A stretch of 64,000 bases of DNA, from positions 4,727,324-4,791,323 of the forward strand of contig NC_133041.1 of the NCBI RefSeq assembly GCF_048771995.1, written 5' to 3'. The DNA is from Taeniopygia guttata (lineage: Eukaryota). Both the position numbers and the translations under genes were made by a program. Positions 21,776 through 35,016 of the stretch are shown piece by piece. The notes beneath the pieces are model-generated. The model saw nothing but the letters and a program-made list of their open reading frames with translations. It had not been told where the DNA came from and ran no database searches. Each line of letters opens with the position of its first letter. Positions within the stretch are counted from its first letter, which is position 1.

Positions 21776-23335
21776 GTACTGGGATATACTGGGAGGGACT
21801 GGGAGGGACTGGGAGGGACTGGGAGGGACTGGGAGGGACTGGGAACAAACTGGGTTATACTGGGAGGGACTGGGAATGGAGTGGGAGGGACTGGGAGGGA
21901 CTGGGAGGGACTGGGAATGAACTGGGAGGGACTGGGGGGGGACTGGGTTATACTGGGAGGGACTGGGAGGGACTGGGAATGAACTGGGTTATACTGGGAG
22001 GGACTGGGTTATACTGGGAGGGGACTTGGATAAACTGGGAGGGAATGGGATGTACTGGGAGGGCACTGGGAGGGACTGGGAGGGACTGGGTTATACTGGG
22101 AATGAACTGGGAGGGACTGGGAACAAACTGGGTTATACTGGGGGGGACTGGGAGGGACTGGGAGGGGATTGGAATGAACTGGGTTATACTGGGAGTGACT
22201 GGGAGGGACTGGGTTATACTGGGTTATACTGGGAGGGACTGGGAGGGAACTGGGAGGGACTGGGAGGGAACTGGGTTATACTGGGAGGGACTGGGAGGGA
22301 CTGGGAGGGAACTGGGAGTGGGGAGGAAACTCCAAATTCCACAGGGACCCCCCAGTTCCCTCCCAGTATAACCCAGTTTGTTCCCAGTCCCTCCCAGTTC
22401 CCTCCCAGTCCCTCCCAGTTTGTCCCAGTCAATTCCCAGTTCCCTCCCAGTCTGTTCCAGTGCCTCCCAGTCCATTCCCAGTTTGTCCCAGTTAATCCCA
22501 GTCCCTCTCAGTATAACCCAGTTTATTCCCAGTTCCCTCCCAGTCCCTCCCAGTCTGTCCCAGCATATCCCAGTCCCTCCCAGTTCCCTCCCAATCCATT
22601 CCCAGTTAATCCCAGTTAATCCCACTTCCCTCCCAGTCTCTCCCAGTTTATCCCAGTCCCTCCCAGTTCACTCCCATTTCCCTCCCAGTATAACCCAGTT
22701 TGTTCCCAGTCCTTCCCAGTCCCCTGCCAGCCCCTCCAGTACAAACCAGTATAACCCAGTTTGTTCCCAGTCCCTCCCAGTCTCTCCCAGTTTATCCCAG
22801 TCCCTCCCAGTTCACTCCCATTTCCCTCCCAGTATAACCCAGTTTATTCCCAGTTCCCTCCCAGTCCCTCCCAGTCCCTCCCAGTCCCTCTCAGTCACTC
22901 CCAGTACAAACCAGTCCATTCCCAGTTTATCCCAGTTCCCTCCCAGTCCTTCCCAGTTGCCTCCCAGTACAAACCAGTATAACCTAGTTTGTTCCCACTC
23001 CCTCCCAGTTCATCCCAGTCCCTCCCAGTTTATCCCAGTCAATTCCCCGTTCCCTCCCAGTCTGTTCCAGTGCCTCCCAGTCCATTCCCAGTTAATCCCA
23101 GTCTATCCCAGTCCCTCCCAGTCCCTCCCAGTCCATTCCCAGTATAACCCAGTTTATCCCAGTCTCTCCCAGTCCATTCCCAGTTCCCTCCCAGTCCCTC
23201 CCAGTTCCCTCCCAGTCCCTCCCAGTCCATTCCCAGTTTATCCCAGTCCCTCCCAGTCCATTCCCAGTTTATCCCAGTCTATCCCAGTGCCCCACAGCCC
23301 CTCCCAGTCCGTCCCAGTACAGACCAGTTTGGCAG

Positions 23336-23441
23336 GTGGACATGTACTCGGGGGCGCTGTTCATCCGCGAGGCGCTGGGCTGGGACCTGTACGGCTCCGT
23401 GGGGGCGCTGCTGGCCGTGACCGCGCTCTACACCGTCACTG
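23336..23441 (+). CDS. SLC5A2: SLC5A2 exon 6; encodes [35 protein letters not shown](G)
   Basis: Acceptor tttggcag, donor gtttgt. Matches SGLT2 [36 protein letters not shown]. Confidence 0.9.
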
Positions 23442-25014
23442 GTTTGTACTGGTTTATACTGGTTTGTACTGGTTTGGGCTGGGAGGGGCTGGGAGGGGTC
23501 TGGGAAGGGACTGGGTTGGACTGGGATAAACTGGGAGGGACTGGGAGGGGATGAAAGGGTTAAAAATGGGGAATGATCGGTGCTGGAGGGGATTTTTTGT
23601 ACTGGTTTGTACTGGTTTGTACTGGTTTGGGCAGGGAGGGACTGGGAGGGCTCTGGGAGGGACTGGGAGGGACTGGGAGGGAACTGGGAGGGACTGGGAT
23701 AAACTGGGAGGAAACAGGGAGGGAACTGGGAGGGACTGGGATAAACTGGAAATGGACTGGGAGGGAATTGGGACAAACTGGGAAGGAACTGGGATAAACT
23801 GGGAGGGAACTGGGATGGACTGGGAGGGACTGGGAGGGGATGAAAGGGTTAAAAATGGGGGATAATCGGTGCTGGAGGGGATTTTTTGTACTGGTTTGTA
23901 CTGGTTTTGTACTGGTTTGTACTGGTTTGGGCAGGGAGGGACTGGGATGGACTGGGATATACTGGGATGGACTGGGACAAACTGGGATGGACTGGGAGGG
24001 AACTGGGAGAAACTGGGAGGGAACTGGGAGGGACTGGGAGGGAACTGGGATGGACTGGGAGGGACTGGGAGGAACTGGGAGGGACTGGGAGGGACTGGGA
24101 ACAAACTGGGAAGGAACTGGGAGGGAACTGGGAGGGACTGGGAGGGACTGGGATAAACTGGAAATGGACTGGGAGGGAACTGGGACAAACTGGGAAGGAA
24201 CTGGGATAAACTGGGAGGGAACTGGGATGGACTGGGAGGGGTCTGGGGAGGGACTGGGATGGACTGGGAGGGACTGGGAGGGGATGAAAGGGTTAAAAAT
24301 GGGGGATAATCGGTGCTGGAGGGGATTTTTTTGTACTGGTTTGTACTGGTTTTGTACTGGTTTGTACTGGTTTGGGCAGGGAGGAACTGGGAGGGCTCTG
24401 GGAGGGGACTGGGAGGGCTCTGGGAGGGACTGGGAGGGAACTGGGACAAACTGGGAAGGAACTGGGATAAACTGGGAGGGAACTGGGATGGACTGGGACA
24501 AACTGGGAGGAAACTGGGAGGGAACTGGGAGAAACTGGGAGGGACTGGGAGGGAACTGGGACAAACTGGGAAGGAACTGGGAGGGAACTGGGAGGGACTG
24601 GGACAAACTGGGACAAACTGGGAATGGACTGGGAGCGAACTGGGAGGGACTGGGAAGGAACTGGGAGGAACTGGGACAAACTGGGAGGGAACTGGGATAA
24701 ACTTGGAGGGACTGGGACAAACTGGGTTATACTGGGAGGGAACTGGGAGGGACTGGTTTGGCACAGTGGGCGTGGCTTTATAGGGATGGGCGTGGCTTAA
24801 CTGGGTGTGGACGCTATATTTGCATAATGGGCGTGGCTTAACTGGGTGTGGATGCTGCATTTGCATAATGGGCGTGGCTTAACTGGGTATGGGCGCAATA
24901 TTTGCATAATGGGCGTGGCTTAACCGGGTGCGGACACGATTATTGCACGGTGGGCGTGGTTTAACTGGGTGTGGGCGTGGCCTGAGTGGGTGTGGTCATT
25001 GTGGGCGTGGCCAG

Positions 25015-25095
25015 GCGGGCTGACGGCGCTGATGTTCGCGGACCTGCTGCAGACCCTCATCATCCTCGTGGGCGCCTCCGTGCTGGCCGGCTACG
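25015..25095 (+). CDS. SLC5A2: SLC5A2 exon 7; encodes (G)GLTALMFADLLQTLIILVGASVLAGY
   Basis: Acceptor ggccag, donor GTgggg at 25096. Matches SGLT2 [26 protein letters not shown]. Confidence 0.88.
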
Positions 25096-26938
25096 GTGGG
25101 GGCACTGGTTTATACTGGTTTATACTGGTTATACTGGGTTATACTGGGTTATACTGGGTTATACTGGTTTATACTGGTTTATACTGGTTTATGCTGGGTT
25201 ATACTGGTTTATACTGGTTTATACTGGTTTATACTGGGTTATACTGGTTTATACTGGTTTATACTGGTTTATGCTGGGTTATACTGGTTTATACTGGTTT
25301 ATACTGGTTTATGCTGGGTTATACTGGTTTATACTGGTTTATACTGGTTTATACTGGGTTATACTGGTTTATACTGGGTTATACTGGGTTATACTGGTTC
25401 ATACTGGTTTATACTGGGTTATACTGGTTTATACTGGTTTATACTGGGTTATACTGGTTTATGCTGGGAGGGACTGGGAGGGACTGGGATGGAACTGGGA
25501 GGGAACTGGGAGGGACTGGGAGGGGACTGGGAGGGACTGGGAGGGACTGGGAACCACCACTGTGGTGCCTTACTGGTTTATACTGGGTTATACTGGTTTA
25601 TATTGGTTTATACTGGTCTATACTGGTTTATATTGGTTTTTACTGGTCTATACTGGGAGGGACTGGGAGGGACTGGAATGGAACTGGGAGGGGACTGGGA
25701 GGGACTGGGCAGTACCACTGTGGTGCCTTACTGGTTTATACTGGTCTATACTGGTCTATACTGGTTTATACTGGTTTATACTGGTTTATACTGGTTTATA
25801 TTGGTTCATACTGGTCTATACTGGTCTATACTGGTTTATACCGGTCCGTACTGGTCCCTGCCTACTGGGAGGACACAGTCCCCAAAACTACTGGGCCATA
25901 CTGGTCCATACTGGTCCATACCACTTTATACTGGTTTTTATTGGTTTATACTGGTTCATACTGGTTCATACTGGTCCATACTGGTTTATACTGGTCCATA
26001 CCACTTTATACTGTTTCATACTGGTTCATACTGGTCCATACTGGTTTATACTGGTCCATACTGGTCCAGGACCTTGTAGATAACAAACTGTGAGGAGTCA
26101 CAACCCACCCTCCAAACCCAGCCCAGCCTCCCATACTGGTTTATACTGGTCCATAGTGGTCCATATTAGTTTATACTGGTTCATACTGGTTTATACTGGT
26201 TTATACTGGTCCATACTGGTTTATACTGGTCCATACTGGTCCAGGACCTTGTAGATAACAAACTGGGAGGAGTCACAACCCACTTTCCAACCCTGTCCCT
26301 ATCTCCCATACTGGTTTATACTGGTCCATAGTGATCCATATTGGTTTATACGGTTCATACTGGTCCATACTGGTCCATACTGGTTTTTACTGGTTTATAA
26401 TGGTCCATACTGGTCCATACTGGTCCAGGACCTTGTAGATAACAAACTGGGAGGAGTCACAACCCACTCTCCAAACCCAGCCCAGCCTCCCATACTGGTT
26501 TATACTGGTCCATAGAGGTCCATATTAGTTTATACAGGTTCATACTGGTTCATACTGGTTTATACTGGTTTATAATGGTTTTTACTGGTCCATACTGGTC
26601 CGGGATCTTATAGAGAACTAACTGGGAGGAGTCACAACCCACTCTCCAAACCCAGGCCAGCCTCCCATACTGGTTTATACTGGTCCATAGTGGTCTATAT
26701 TAGTTTATACTGGTTCATACTGGTTCATACTGGTTTATAATGGTCCATACTGGTCCATACTGGTCCAGGACCTTGTAGATAACAAACTGGGAGGAGTCAC
26801 AACCCACCCTCCAAACCCATCCCTACCTCCCATACTGGTTTATACTGGTCCATACTGCTCTATACCACTTTATACTGGTTTTTATTGGTTCATACTGGTT
26901 CATACTGGTTCATACTGGTCCATACTGGTTTCCGGCAG

Positions 26939-27138
26939 CGCTGGGCGCCGTGGGGGGGTACCAGGGCCTGCAGGAGCGCTACCCCCTGGCCCTGGCACCC
27001 AACGCCTCGGGGCCCTGCGGGCGGCCCCGGCCCGACGCCTTCCACCTCCTGCGGCACCCGAGCGGGGGAGACCTGCCCTGGCCGGGACTGGTGCTGGGAC
27101 TGGGAATCATCTCGGGCTGGTACTGGTGCACCGACCAG
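26939..27138 (+). CDS. SLC5A2: SLC5A2 exon 8; encodes [67 protein letters not shown]
   Basis: Acceptor tccggcag, donor gtggga. Matches the SGLT2 extracellular loop and TM (...[41 protein letters not shown]). Three partial 3'-end copies carrying the donor lie in the intron downstream. Confidence 0.9.
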
Positions 27139-27307
27139 GTGGGACTGGGTTATACTGGGAGGGACTGGGAGGGACTGGGAGGGACTGGGAACAAACTGGG
27201 TTATACTGGGAGGGACTGGGAGGGACTGGGAGGGACTGGGAGGGGACTGGAGGGGACTGGGTTATACTGGGAGGGGACTGGGAGGGACTGGGAGGGACTG
27301 GGAGGGA

Positions 27308-28193
27308 CTGGGAATCATCTTGGGCTGGTACTGGTGCACTGACCAGGTGGGACTGGTTTATACTGGGAGGCACTGGGAGGGACTGGGAACAAACTGGGTT
27401 ATACTGGGAGGGACTGGGTTATACTGGGAGTGGACTGGGAGGCACTGGGAGGCACTGGGTTATACTGGAAGGGAACTGGGAAGGAGCACTGGGCTGTAAC
27501 TGGGAGCACTGGGAGTGACTGGGAGCACTGGGAGCACTGGGTTATACTGGGAGCACTGGGTTATACTGGGTTGTACTGGGTTGTACTGGGTTATACTGGG
27601 TTATACTGGGAGCACTGGGACCTGCCCTGGCCCGGGCTGGTGCTGGGACTGGGAATCATCTCGGGCTGGTACTGGTGCACCAACCAGGTGGGACTGGGTT
27701 ATACTGGGAGGCACTGGGAGGGACTGGGAACAAACTAGGTTGTACTGGGAGGGACTGGGAGGGGACTGGAGGGGACTGGGTTATACTGGGAGGGACTGGG
27801 AGGGACTGGGAGGGGACTGGGAGGGACTGGGAGGGACTGGGAGGGACTTGGAGGGGACTGGGAGGCAGTGGGTTATACTGGGTTATACTGGGTTATACTG
27901 GGAGTGGACTGGGAGGCACTGGGTTATACTGGGAGGGGACTGGGAGGCACTGGGTTATACTGGGAGGGGACTGGGAAGGAGCACTGGGCTGTAACTGGGA
28001 GCACTGGGGTGTAACTGGTCTGTAACTGGGAGCACTGGGAGTGACTGGGAGCACAGGGAGCACTGGGTTATACTGGGAGAGACTGGGAGCACTGGGTTAT
28101 ACTGGGTTATACTGGGAGCACTGGGACCTGCCCTGGCCCGGACTGGTGCTGGGGCTGGGAATCATCTCGGGCTGGTACTGGTGCACCGACCAG
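27308..28193 (+). other. Three partial copies of the SLC5A2 exon 8 3' end with an intact donor (…GGAATCATCTCGGGCTGGTACTGGTGCACCGACCAG|gtgggactgg) at about 27308-27346, 27619-27687 and 28125-28193, within intron 8
   Basis: The second and third copies also carry the upstream coding segment GACCTGCCCTGGCC. Confidence 0.85.
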
Positions 28194-30161
28194 GTGGGAC
28201 TGGGTTATACTGGGAGGGACTGGGAGGCACTGGGAGGGGACTGGGAGGGACTAGGAGGGGACTGGGAGGCACTGGGTTATACTGGGTTATACTGGGAGGG
28301 GACTGGGAGGGACTGGGATAGACTGGGAGGGGACTGGGAAGGAGCACTGGGCTGTAACTGGGAGCACTGGGAGTGACTGGGAGCACTGGGTTATACTGGG
28401 AGCACTGGGTTATACTGGGTTATACTGGGAGCACTGGGTTATACTGGGTTATACTGGGAGGGACTGGGAAGGAGCACTGGGCTGTAACTGGGAGCACTGG
28501 TCTCTAACTGGTCCCACCAGTCTCTAACTGGTCTCTAACTGGCCTCTAACTGGTCCCACCAGTGTCTAACTGGTCTCTAACTGGTCTCTAACTGGTCCCA
28601 CCAGTGTCTAACTGGTCTCTAACTGGTCTCTAACTGGTCCCACCTGCTCTAACTGGTCTCTAACTGGTCTCTAACTGGTCCCACCTGCTCTAACTGGTCT
28701 CTAACTGGTCCCACCAGTCTCTAACTGGTATCTAACTGGTCTCTAACTGGTCTCTAACTGGTCTCTAACTGGTCCCACCAGTCTCTAACTGGTTTCTAAC
28801 TGGTCCCTAACTGGTCTGTAACTGGTCCCACCAGTCTCTCACTGGTTTCTAACTGGTCTCTAACTGGTCCCACCAGTCTCTAACTGGTCTCTAACTGGTC
28901 CCACCAGTCCCTAACTGGTCTCTAACTGGTCCCTAACTGGTCTCTAACTGGTCCCTAACTGGTCTCTAACTGGTCCCACCAGTCTCTAACTGGTCTCTAA
29001 CTGGTCCCACCAGTCTCTAACTGGTCCCTAACTGGTCCCTAACTGGTCTCTGACTGGTCCCACCAGTCTCTAACTGGTTTCTAACTGGTTTCCCACCAGT
29101 CTCTAACTGGTCCCTAACTGGTCCCTAACTGGTCTCTGACTGGTCCCACCAGTCTCTAACTGGTCTCTAACTGGTCTCTAACTGGTCCCACCAGTCTCTA
29201 ACTGGTCTCTAACTGGTCTGTAACTGGTCCCACCAGTCTCTAACTGGTCTCTAACTGGTCCCACCAGTCTCTAACTGGTCTCTAACTGGTCTCTAACTGG
29301 TCCCACCAGTCTCTCACTGGTCTCTAACTGGTCCCTAACTGGTCTCTAACTGGTCCCACCAGTCTCTAACTGGTCTCTAACTGGTCCCACCAGTCCCTAA
29401 CTGGTCCCACCAGTCCCTAACTGGTTTCTAACTGGTTTCTAACTGGTCTCTAACTGGTCTGTAACTGGTCCCACCAGTCTCTAACTGGTCCCTAACTGGT
29501 TTCTAACTGGTCTCTAACTGGTCCCACCAGTCTCTAACTGGTCCCTAACTGGTCTGTAACTGGTCCCACCAGTCTCTAACTGGTCCCTAACTGGTTTCTA
29601 ACTGGTCTCTAACTGGTCCCACCAGTGTCTAACTGGTCTCTAACTGGTCTCTAACTGGTCTCTAACTGGTCCTACCAGTCTCTAACTGGTCTCTAACTGG
29701 TCTGTAACTGGTCCCACCAATCTCTAACTGGTCCCACCAGTCTCTAACTGGTCTCTAACTGGTCTGTAACTGGTCCCACCAGTCTCTAACTGGTCTCTAA
29801 CTGGTCTCTAACTGGTCCCACCAGTCCCTAACTGGTCCCTAACTGGTATGTAACTGGTCTGTAACTGGTCCCTAACTGGTCTCTAACTGGTCCCACCAGT
29901 CTCTAACTGGTCTCTAACTGGTCCCTAACTGGTCCCACCAGTCTCTAACTGGTCTCTAACTGGTCTGTAACTGGTCCCACCAGTCTCTAACTGGTCTCTA
30001 ACTGGTCCCACCAGTCTCTAACTGGTCCCACCAGTCTCTAACTGGTCTCTAACTGGTCCCACCAGTCCCTAACTGGTCCCTAACTGGTCTGTAACTGGTC
30101 CCACCAGTCCCTAACTGGTCTCTAACTGGTCCCTAACTGGTCTCTGACTGGTCCCTCCCAG

Positions 30162-30297
30162 GTGATCGTGCAGCGCTGCCTCGCCGGCCGCTCCCTCACG
30201 CACGTCCGCGCCGGCTGCGTCGTCTGCGGCTACCTCAAGGTGCTGCCCATGTTCCTGATGGTGCTGCCCGGCATGGCCGCCCGCGTCCTCTTCCCGG
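30162..30297 (+). CDS. SLC5A2: SLC5A2 exon 9; encodes [45 protein letters not shown]
   Basis: Acceptor tccctcccag, donor GTcaga at 30298. Matches SGLT2 [45 protein letters not shown]. Confidence 0.92.
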
Positions 30298-31243
30298 GTC
30301 AGACCCCTACTGGTTTATACTGGTTTATACTGGTTTATACTGGTTTAGAATGATTTATATTCGTTTAAGGCTCTTATTCAATATGGCGCCCAAAATGGCT
30401 GCCCAAAATGGCTGCCCAAAATGGCTGCCCAAAATGGCTGCCTCCATTGGTGTTTACAAGATGGCTGCCCAAAATGGCTGCCATAGACTGAATCTAAGAT
30501 GGCTGCCCAAGATGGCTCCCCATTGTGGCCACCCATTGGTGCATACTGGTTTTTACTGGTTTATACTGGTTTATACTGGTTTATTTTGAGTTTAAGACAC
30601 TTATTCAATATGGCGCTCAAAATGGCTGCCCAAAATGGCTGCCTCCACTGGTGTTTACAAGATGGCTGCCCAAAATGGCTCCCCACTGCGATCAGCCATT
30701 GGTGCATACTGGTTTTACTGGTTTATACTGGTTTATACTGGTTTATACTGGTTTATACTGGTTTATACTGGTTTATACTGGTTTATACTGGTTTTACTGG
30801 TCCATACTGGTCCATACTGGTTTGGACTGGTCTATACTGGTTTATACTGGTTTATACTGGTCCATACTGGTTTATACTGGTTTATGCTGGTCCGTACTGG
30901 TCCATACTGGTTTATACTAATTTTACTGGTCCATACTGGTTCATACTGGCCCATACTGGCCCATACTGGTCCATACTGGTTTATACTGGTTTATACTGGT
31001 TTTTCTCATCCATACTGGTCCATACTGGTCCATACTGGTCCATACTGGTCCATACTGGTTTATACTGGTTTATGCTGGTCCATACTGGTCCATACTGGTT
31101 TATACTGGTTTTTCTCATCCATACTGGTTTATACTGGTCCATACTGGTCCATACTGGTCCATACTGGTCCATACTGGTCCATACTGGTTTATACTGGTCC
31201 ATACCGGTTTATACTGGTTTATACTGGTTTTTACTGGTCCCAG

Positions 31244-31351
31244 AGGTCGTTGGCTGCGCTGACCCCCAGGGCTGTTCCCGGGCCTGCGGCTCCGCCCTCG
31301 GCTGCTCCAACGTGGCCTATCCCCGGCTGGTGCTCAGCCTGCTGCCCCCCG
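31244..31351 (+). CDS. SLC5A2: SLC5A2 exon 10; encodes EVVGCADPQGCSRACGSALGCSNVAYPRLVLSLLPP(G)
   Basis: Acceptor ggtcccag, donor gtaatt. Matches SGLT2 [37 protein letters not shown]. Three 3'-end-plus-donor copies lie in the downstream intron. Confidence 0.9.
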
Positions 31352-32830
31352 GTAATTAATGACCCCTAATTAGCGCTCATTAATTATTCATGAGCCATTA
31401 TTAGTGATTTATTAGTTATTATTAGCGATTATTAGCGATTATTAGCGATTATCAGTGATTATTAGTGATCCTTAGTACCGACCTATCCCCGGCTGGTGCT
31501 CAGCCTGCTGCCCCCCGGTAATTAATGACCCCTAATTAGCGCTCATTAATTATTCATGAGCCATTATTAGTGATTTATTCGTGATTATTAGCGATTATTA
31601 GTGATTATCAGCGATTATCGGTGATTATTAGTGATCATTAGTACCGACCTATCCCCGGCTGGTGCTCAGCCTGCTGCCCCCCGGTAATTAATTATGCATA
31701 ATTAGCTCTCATTAATTATTCATGAGCGATTATTTGTGATTTATTAGCGATTATTAGTGATTATTAGCAATTATTATTGATAATTAGTGATCATTAGTAC
31801 CGACCTATCCCCAGCTGGTGCTCAGCCTGCTGCCCCCCGGTAATTAATTACCCCTAATTAGTGCTCATTAATTATTCATGAGCGATTATTAGTGATTTAT
31901 TAGCTCCAATTAGCGATTATGAAGTACTATTAGCGGTTATTAGTTCATTAATAATGCTAATTAGTGATTTATTCGTGATTCTTCATTATTAGATCATAAT
32001 TAGTGATTATTAGCGATTAATTACTGATTATTAGCCATCAATAATTAATTTTTACGAATTATCTGTAATTATTACCTTATTTTTGAGGCTATTAATTCGA
32101 ATTTTGGGCTAATAAGGAGCAATTAAAACTAATAATTAATTAGTAATTCTAATTTGGGGGCTAATAACGCTAATTAGGGGCTAATTTGTGCATTATTAGG
32201 ACAATTAATTAGCTATTAATCCTAATTTGGGGTTAATAATTCAATTTTTGGGTCTAATAACTCCATTTTTTGGCCGATTTTCGCAGTTTTTTCACTAATT
32301 TTCACTGGGTTTTCGCCAATAATTAATATTAATTAATAATTAATAATTATTTCGGGCTAATAATTCAAATTTTGGTCCTAATAACTCCATTTTTGGTCCT
32401 AATAATTCGATTTTTGGGCTAATAACTCCATTTTTTGGCCGATTTTCGCCCTTTTTTTGCCGATTTTCGCCATTCTTTCACCATTATTTATTATTACTTA
32501 ATAATTAATTATTAATTTTGGGCTAATAACTCTAATTATGATCCTAATAACTCTAATTATGATCCTAATAATTCAATTTTTGGGTCTAATAATTCCACTT
32601 TTTGGCCGATTTTCGCCATTTTTTCACCAATTTTCACCATTCTTTCACCGCTAATTAATATTAATTACTAATTAATAATTATTTCGGGCTAATGATTCAA
32701 ATTTCAGTGCCAATAACTCCATTTTTGGCCCTAATAATCCCATTTTTGGGGCTAATAACTCCATTTTTTGGCTGATTTTCGCCGTTTTTTCGCCGATTTT
32801 CGCCATTTTTTTTGCTAATTAACGCTAATT
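31352..32830. repeat. SLC5A2 intron 10: a tandem repeat of about 160 bp that includes the exon 10 3' end and its donor (31352-32100), then an AT-rich higher-order repeat of about 190 bp (ggctaataactccattttttggccgattttcgcc..., 32100-32830)
   Basis: Direct periodicity. Confidence 0.85.
31479..31839 (+). other. Three copies of the SLC5A2 exon 10 3' end plus donor (CGACCTATCCCCGGCTGGTGCTCAGCCTGCTGCCCCCCG|gtaattaa) at about 31479-31517, 31643-31683 and 31801-31839, inside the 160-bp repeat of intron 10
   Basis: The real exon 10 ends at 31351 with the same 39 nt and donor. Confidence 0.85.
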
Positions 32831-32840
32831 AATTAATTAG

Positions 32841-32991
32841 GGCTGCGCGGGCTGATGCTGGCGGTGGTGCTGGCCGCGCTGATGTCGTCGCTGGCCTCCA
32901 TCTTCGCCAGCTCGGCCGCGCTCTTCACGCTCGACGTCTACCGGCGGCTGCGGCCGCGGGCGGGGCCACGACACCTCCTGGTGGCCGGCAG
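32841..32991 (+). CDS. SLC5A2: SLC5A2 exon 11; encodes (G)[49 protein letters not shown](R)
   Basis: Acceptor aattag, donor GTgggc at 32992. RLRPRAGPR matches the SGLT2-specific RLRPRAGDR, whereas SGLT1 has KVRKRASEK. Confidence 0.92.
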
Positions 32992-33868
32992 GTGGGCACG
33001 GCTGGGGGCACCTGGGGGCACCTGGGGGCACCTGGGATACACCTGGGCACACCTGGGATACACCTGGGCATGGTTAAACACACGTGGGCACACCTGAAAT
33101 ACACCTGAGATACACCTGGGGGCACCTGGGGGTACCTAAAATACACCTGGGCACACCTGAGATACACCTGAGATACACCTGGGCACAGCTGGGGGCACCT
33201 AAAATACACCTGGGCATGGCTGGGGGCACCTGGGATACACCTGGGCACACCTGGACACACCTGGGCACACCTGGGCATGGTTAAACACACCTGAGATACA
33301 CCTGGGCACACCTGGGATAGACCTGGGCACACCTGGGGCACACCTGGGCACACCTAAAACACACCTGGGCACACCTGGGCACAGCTGGGCACACCTGAGA
33401 CACACCTGGGATAGACCTGGGCACACCTGGGGGATATTTTGGGCACACCTGGGCGCACCTGGGCATGGCCAGGGGCACCTGGGGGCATGCCTGGGCACAC
33501 CTAAAATACACCTGGGCACACCTGGGCACGCCTGGGGCACACCTGGGCACGGCTGAGTGCACCTGGGGGTACATGGAGCACACCTGGGGCACACCTGGGC
33601 ACACCTGGGGCACACCTGGGCACACCTGGGCACACCTGGGGCACACCTGGGCACACCTGGGCACACCTGGGCATGGTTTAACACACCTGGGGCACACCTG
33701 GGCACACCTGGGATAGACCTGGGCATGGTTTAACACACCTGGGGCACACCTGGGACACACCTGGGCACACCTGGGGGATATTTTGGGCACACCTGGGCAC
33801 ACCTGGGGGATATTTTGGGCACACCTGGGCGCACCTGGGCACACAGGTGACCCCTCCCCTGCCCGCAG

Positions 33869-33940
33869 GCTGTGGGTGGTGGCCATGGTGGGGCTGAGCC
33901 TGGCCTGGCTGCCGGTGCTGCGGGCGGCGCGGGGGGCGCA
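33869..33940 (+). other. Truncated upstream duplicate of SLC5A2 exon 12 (acceptor plus the first about 72 nt: [23 protein letters not shown]) that runs straight into the acacctgggc satellite
   Basis: Identical to 34848-34919, including the cccctgcccgcag acceptor. No in-frame donor follows. Confidence 0.8.
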
Positions 33941-34847
33941 CCTGGGCACACCTGGGCACACCTGGGCACACCTACAATACACCTGGGCACACCTGGGCAC
34001 ACCTGGGCACACCTGGGCACACCTGGGCACACCTGGGCATGGCCGGGGGCACCTGGGGCACACCTGGGCATGGTTAAACACACCTGGGATACACCTGAGA
34101 TACACCTGGGCACAGCTGGGCACACAGGTGACCTCAGGTGGCCCCGGGTGATCTCAGGTGACCTCAAGGGACCCAAATTTGGGGTTCTCAGGTGTCCAAA
34201 AACCCAAAATTTGAGCTGCAGGTGACCTTGAAGGACTCAAATTTTTGGGTTCTGGAGGTCCTGGAGATCCCAAATTTTTTGGGGGTGATCCCGGCTGACC
34301 CCGGGTGACCCCAGGTGAGCTCAGGTGTCCAAGTGACCTTGAAGGACCCAAATTTGGGTCATTCCAAGTGTCCAAAAACCCCAAATTTGAGATCCTGGTG
34401 ACCAAATTTTGGGTTTTTGACCTCAAAATGACCCCGAATTTTTTGGGGGTGACCCCGGCTGACCCTGGTTGACGTCAGGTGACCCCGGCTGACCTCAGGT
34501 GTCCAAGTGACCTTGAAGGACCCAAAATTGGGTCATTCCAAGTGGCCAAAAACCCAAAATTTGAGCTGCAGGAGACCATGAAGGACCCAAATTTTGGGTT
34601 TTTGACCTCCAAACGACCCCGAATTTTTTGGGGGTGACCCCGGCTGACCCCGGGTGACCCCAGGTGACCTCGGGTATCCAAGTGACCTTGAAGGACCCAA
34701 ATTTGAGCTTCTCAAGTGTCCAAAAACCCCAAAATTTCAGCTCCGGGTGACCTCAAACTCCCCAAATTTTGGGTTTTTGACCTCAAAATGACCCCGAATT
34801 TTTTGGGGGTGACCCCGTCTGACCCCGCTGACCTCCCCTGCCCGCAG

Positions 34848-35016
34848 GCTGTGGGTGGTGGCCATGGTGGGGCTGAGCCTGGCCTGGCTGCCGGTGCTGC
34901 GGGCGGCGCGGGGGGCGCAGCTCTTCGATTACCTGCAGGCGCTGTCCTCCTACCTGGCCCCGCCCGTGGCCGCCGTCTTCTGCCTGGCCGTGCTCGTGCC
35001 CCGCGTCAACGAGCCC
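34848..35016 (+). CDS. SLC5A2: SLC5A2 exon 12; encodes (R)[56 protein letters not shown]
   Basis: Acceptor cccgcag, donor gtgagc. Matches SGLT2 [57 protein letters not shown] truncated upstream duplicate sits at 33869-33940. Confidence 0.9.

Larger units (their letters stand above)
20640..24760. repeat. actgggaggg/actggtttat-type 10-bp satellites filling SLC5A2 introns 4-6. Orientation flips to cccagtccctccc at 22330-23330, and units of about 290 bp (gatgaaagggttaaaaatgggg...) recur at about 23545, 23835 and 24270
   Basis: Direct periodicity. The strand switch is visible at about 22325 and again at about 23335. Confidence 0.85.
25100..30150. repeat. SLC5A2 intron 7-8 satellites: ctggtttatactgg arrays, a higher-order repeat of about 180 bp with 5 copies (ggtccaggaccttgtagataacaaactgggaggagtcacaaccc..., 26040-26830), and an 11-bp ctaactggtct satellite (28500-30150)
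   Basis: Direct periodicity. Confidence 0.85.

Noticed and set aside
22378-24866. Long minus-strand and plus-strand ORFs (383, 470 and 386 aa) with proline/serine-rich periodic peptides (PSPSQS...)
   Set aside because: These are periodic translations of the actgggaggg/cccagtccctccc satellite. The same pattern appears on both strands and in all frames, and there is no homology to known domains.
28500-30150. Possible CRISPR-like or prokaryotic repeat array (ctaactggtct units) and, more generally, a prokaryotic interpretation of the window
   Set aside because: The units are 10-11 bp with no unique spacers. The array lies inside an intron of a spliced vertebrate gene. GT/AG introns, AATAAA signals and vertebrate orthologues establish a eukaryotic context.
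33281-34176. 280-aa and 148-aa minus-strand ORFs with [10 protein letters not shown] repeats; also plus-strand ORFs at 33783-34151
   Set aside because: These are translations of the acacctgggc satellite. The partial exon 12 copy at 33869-33940 is a duplicate fragment without an in-frame donor, not an independent gene.
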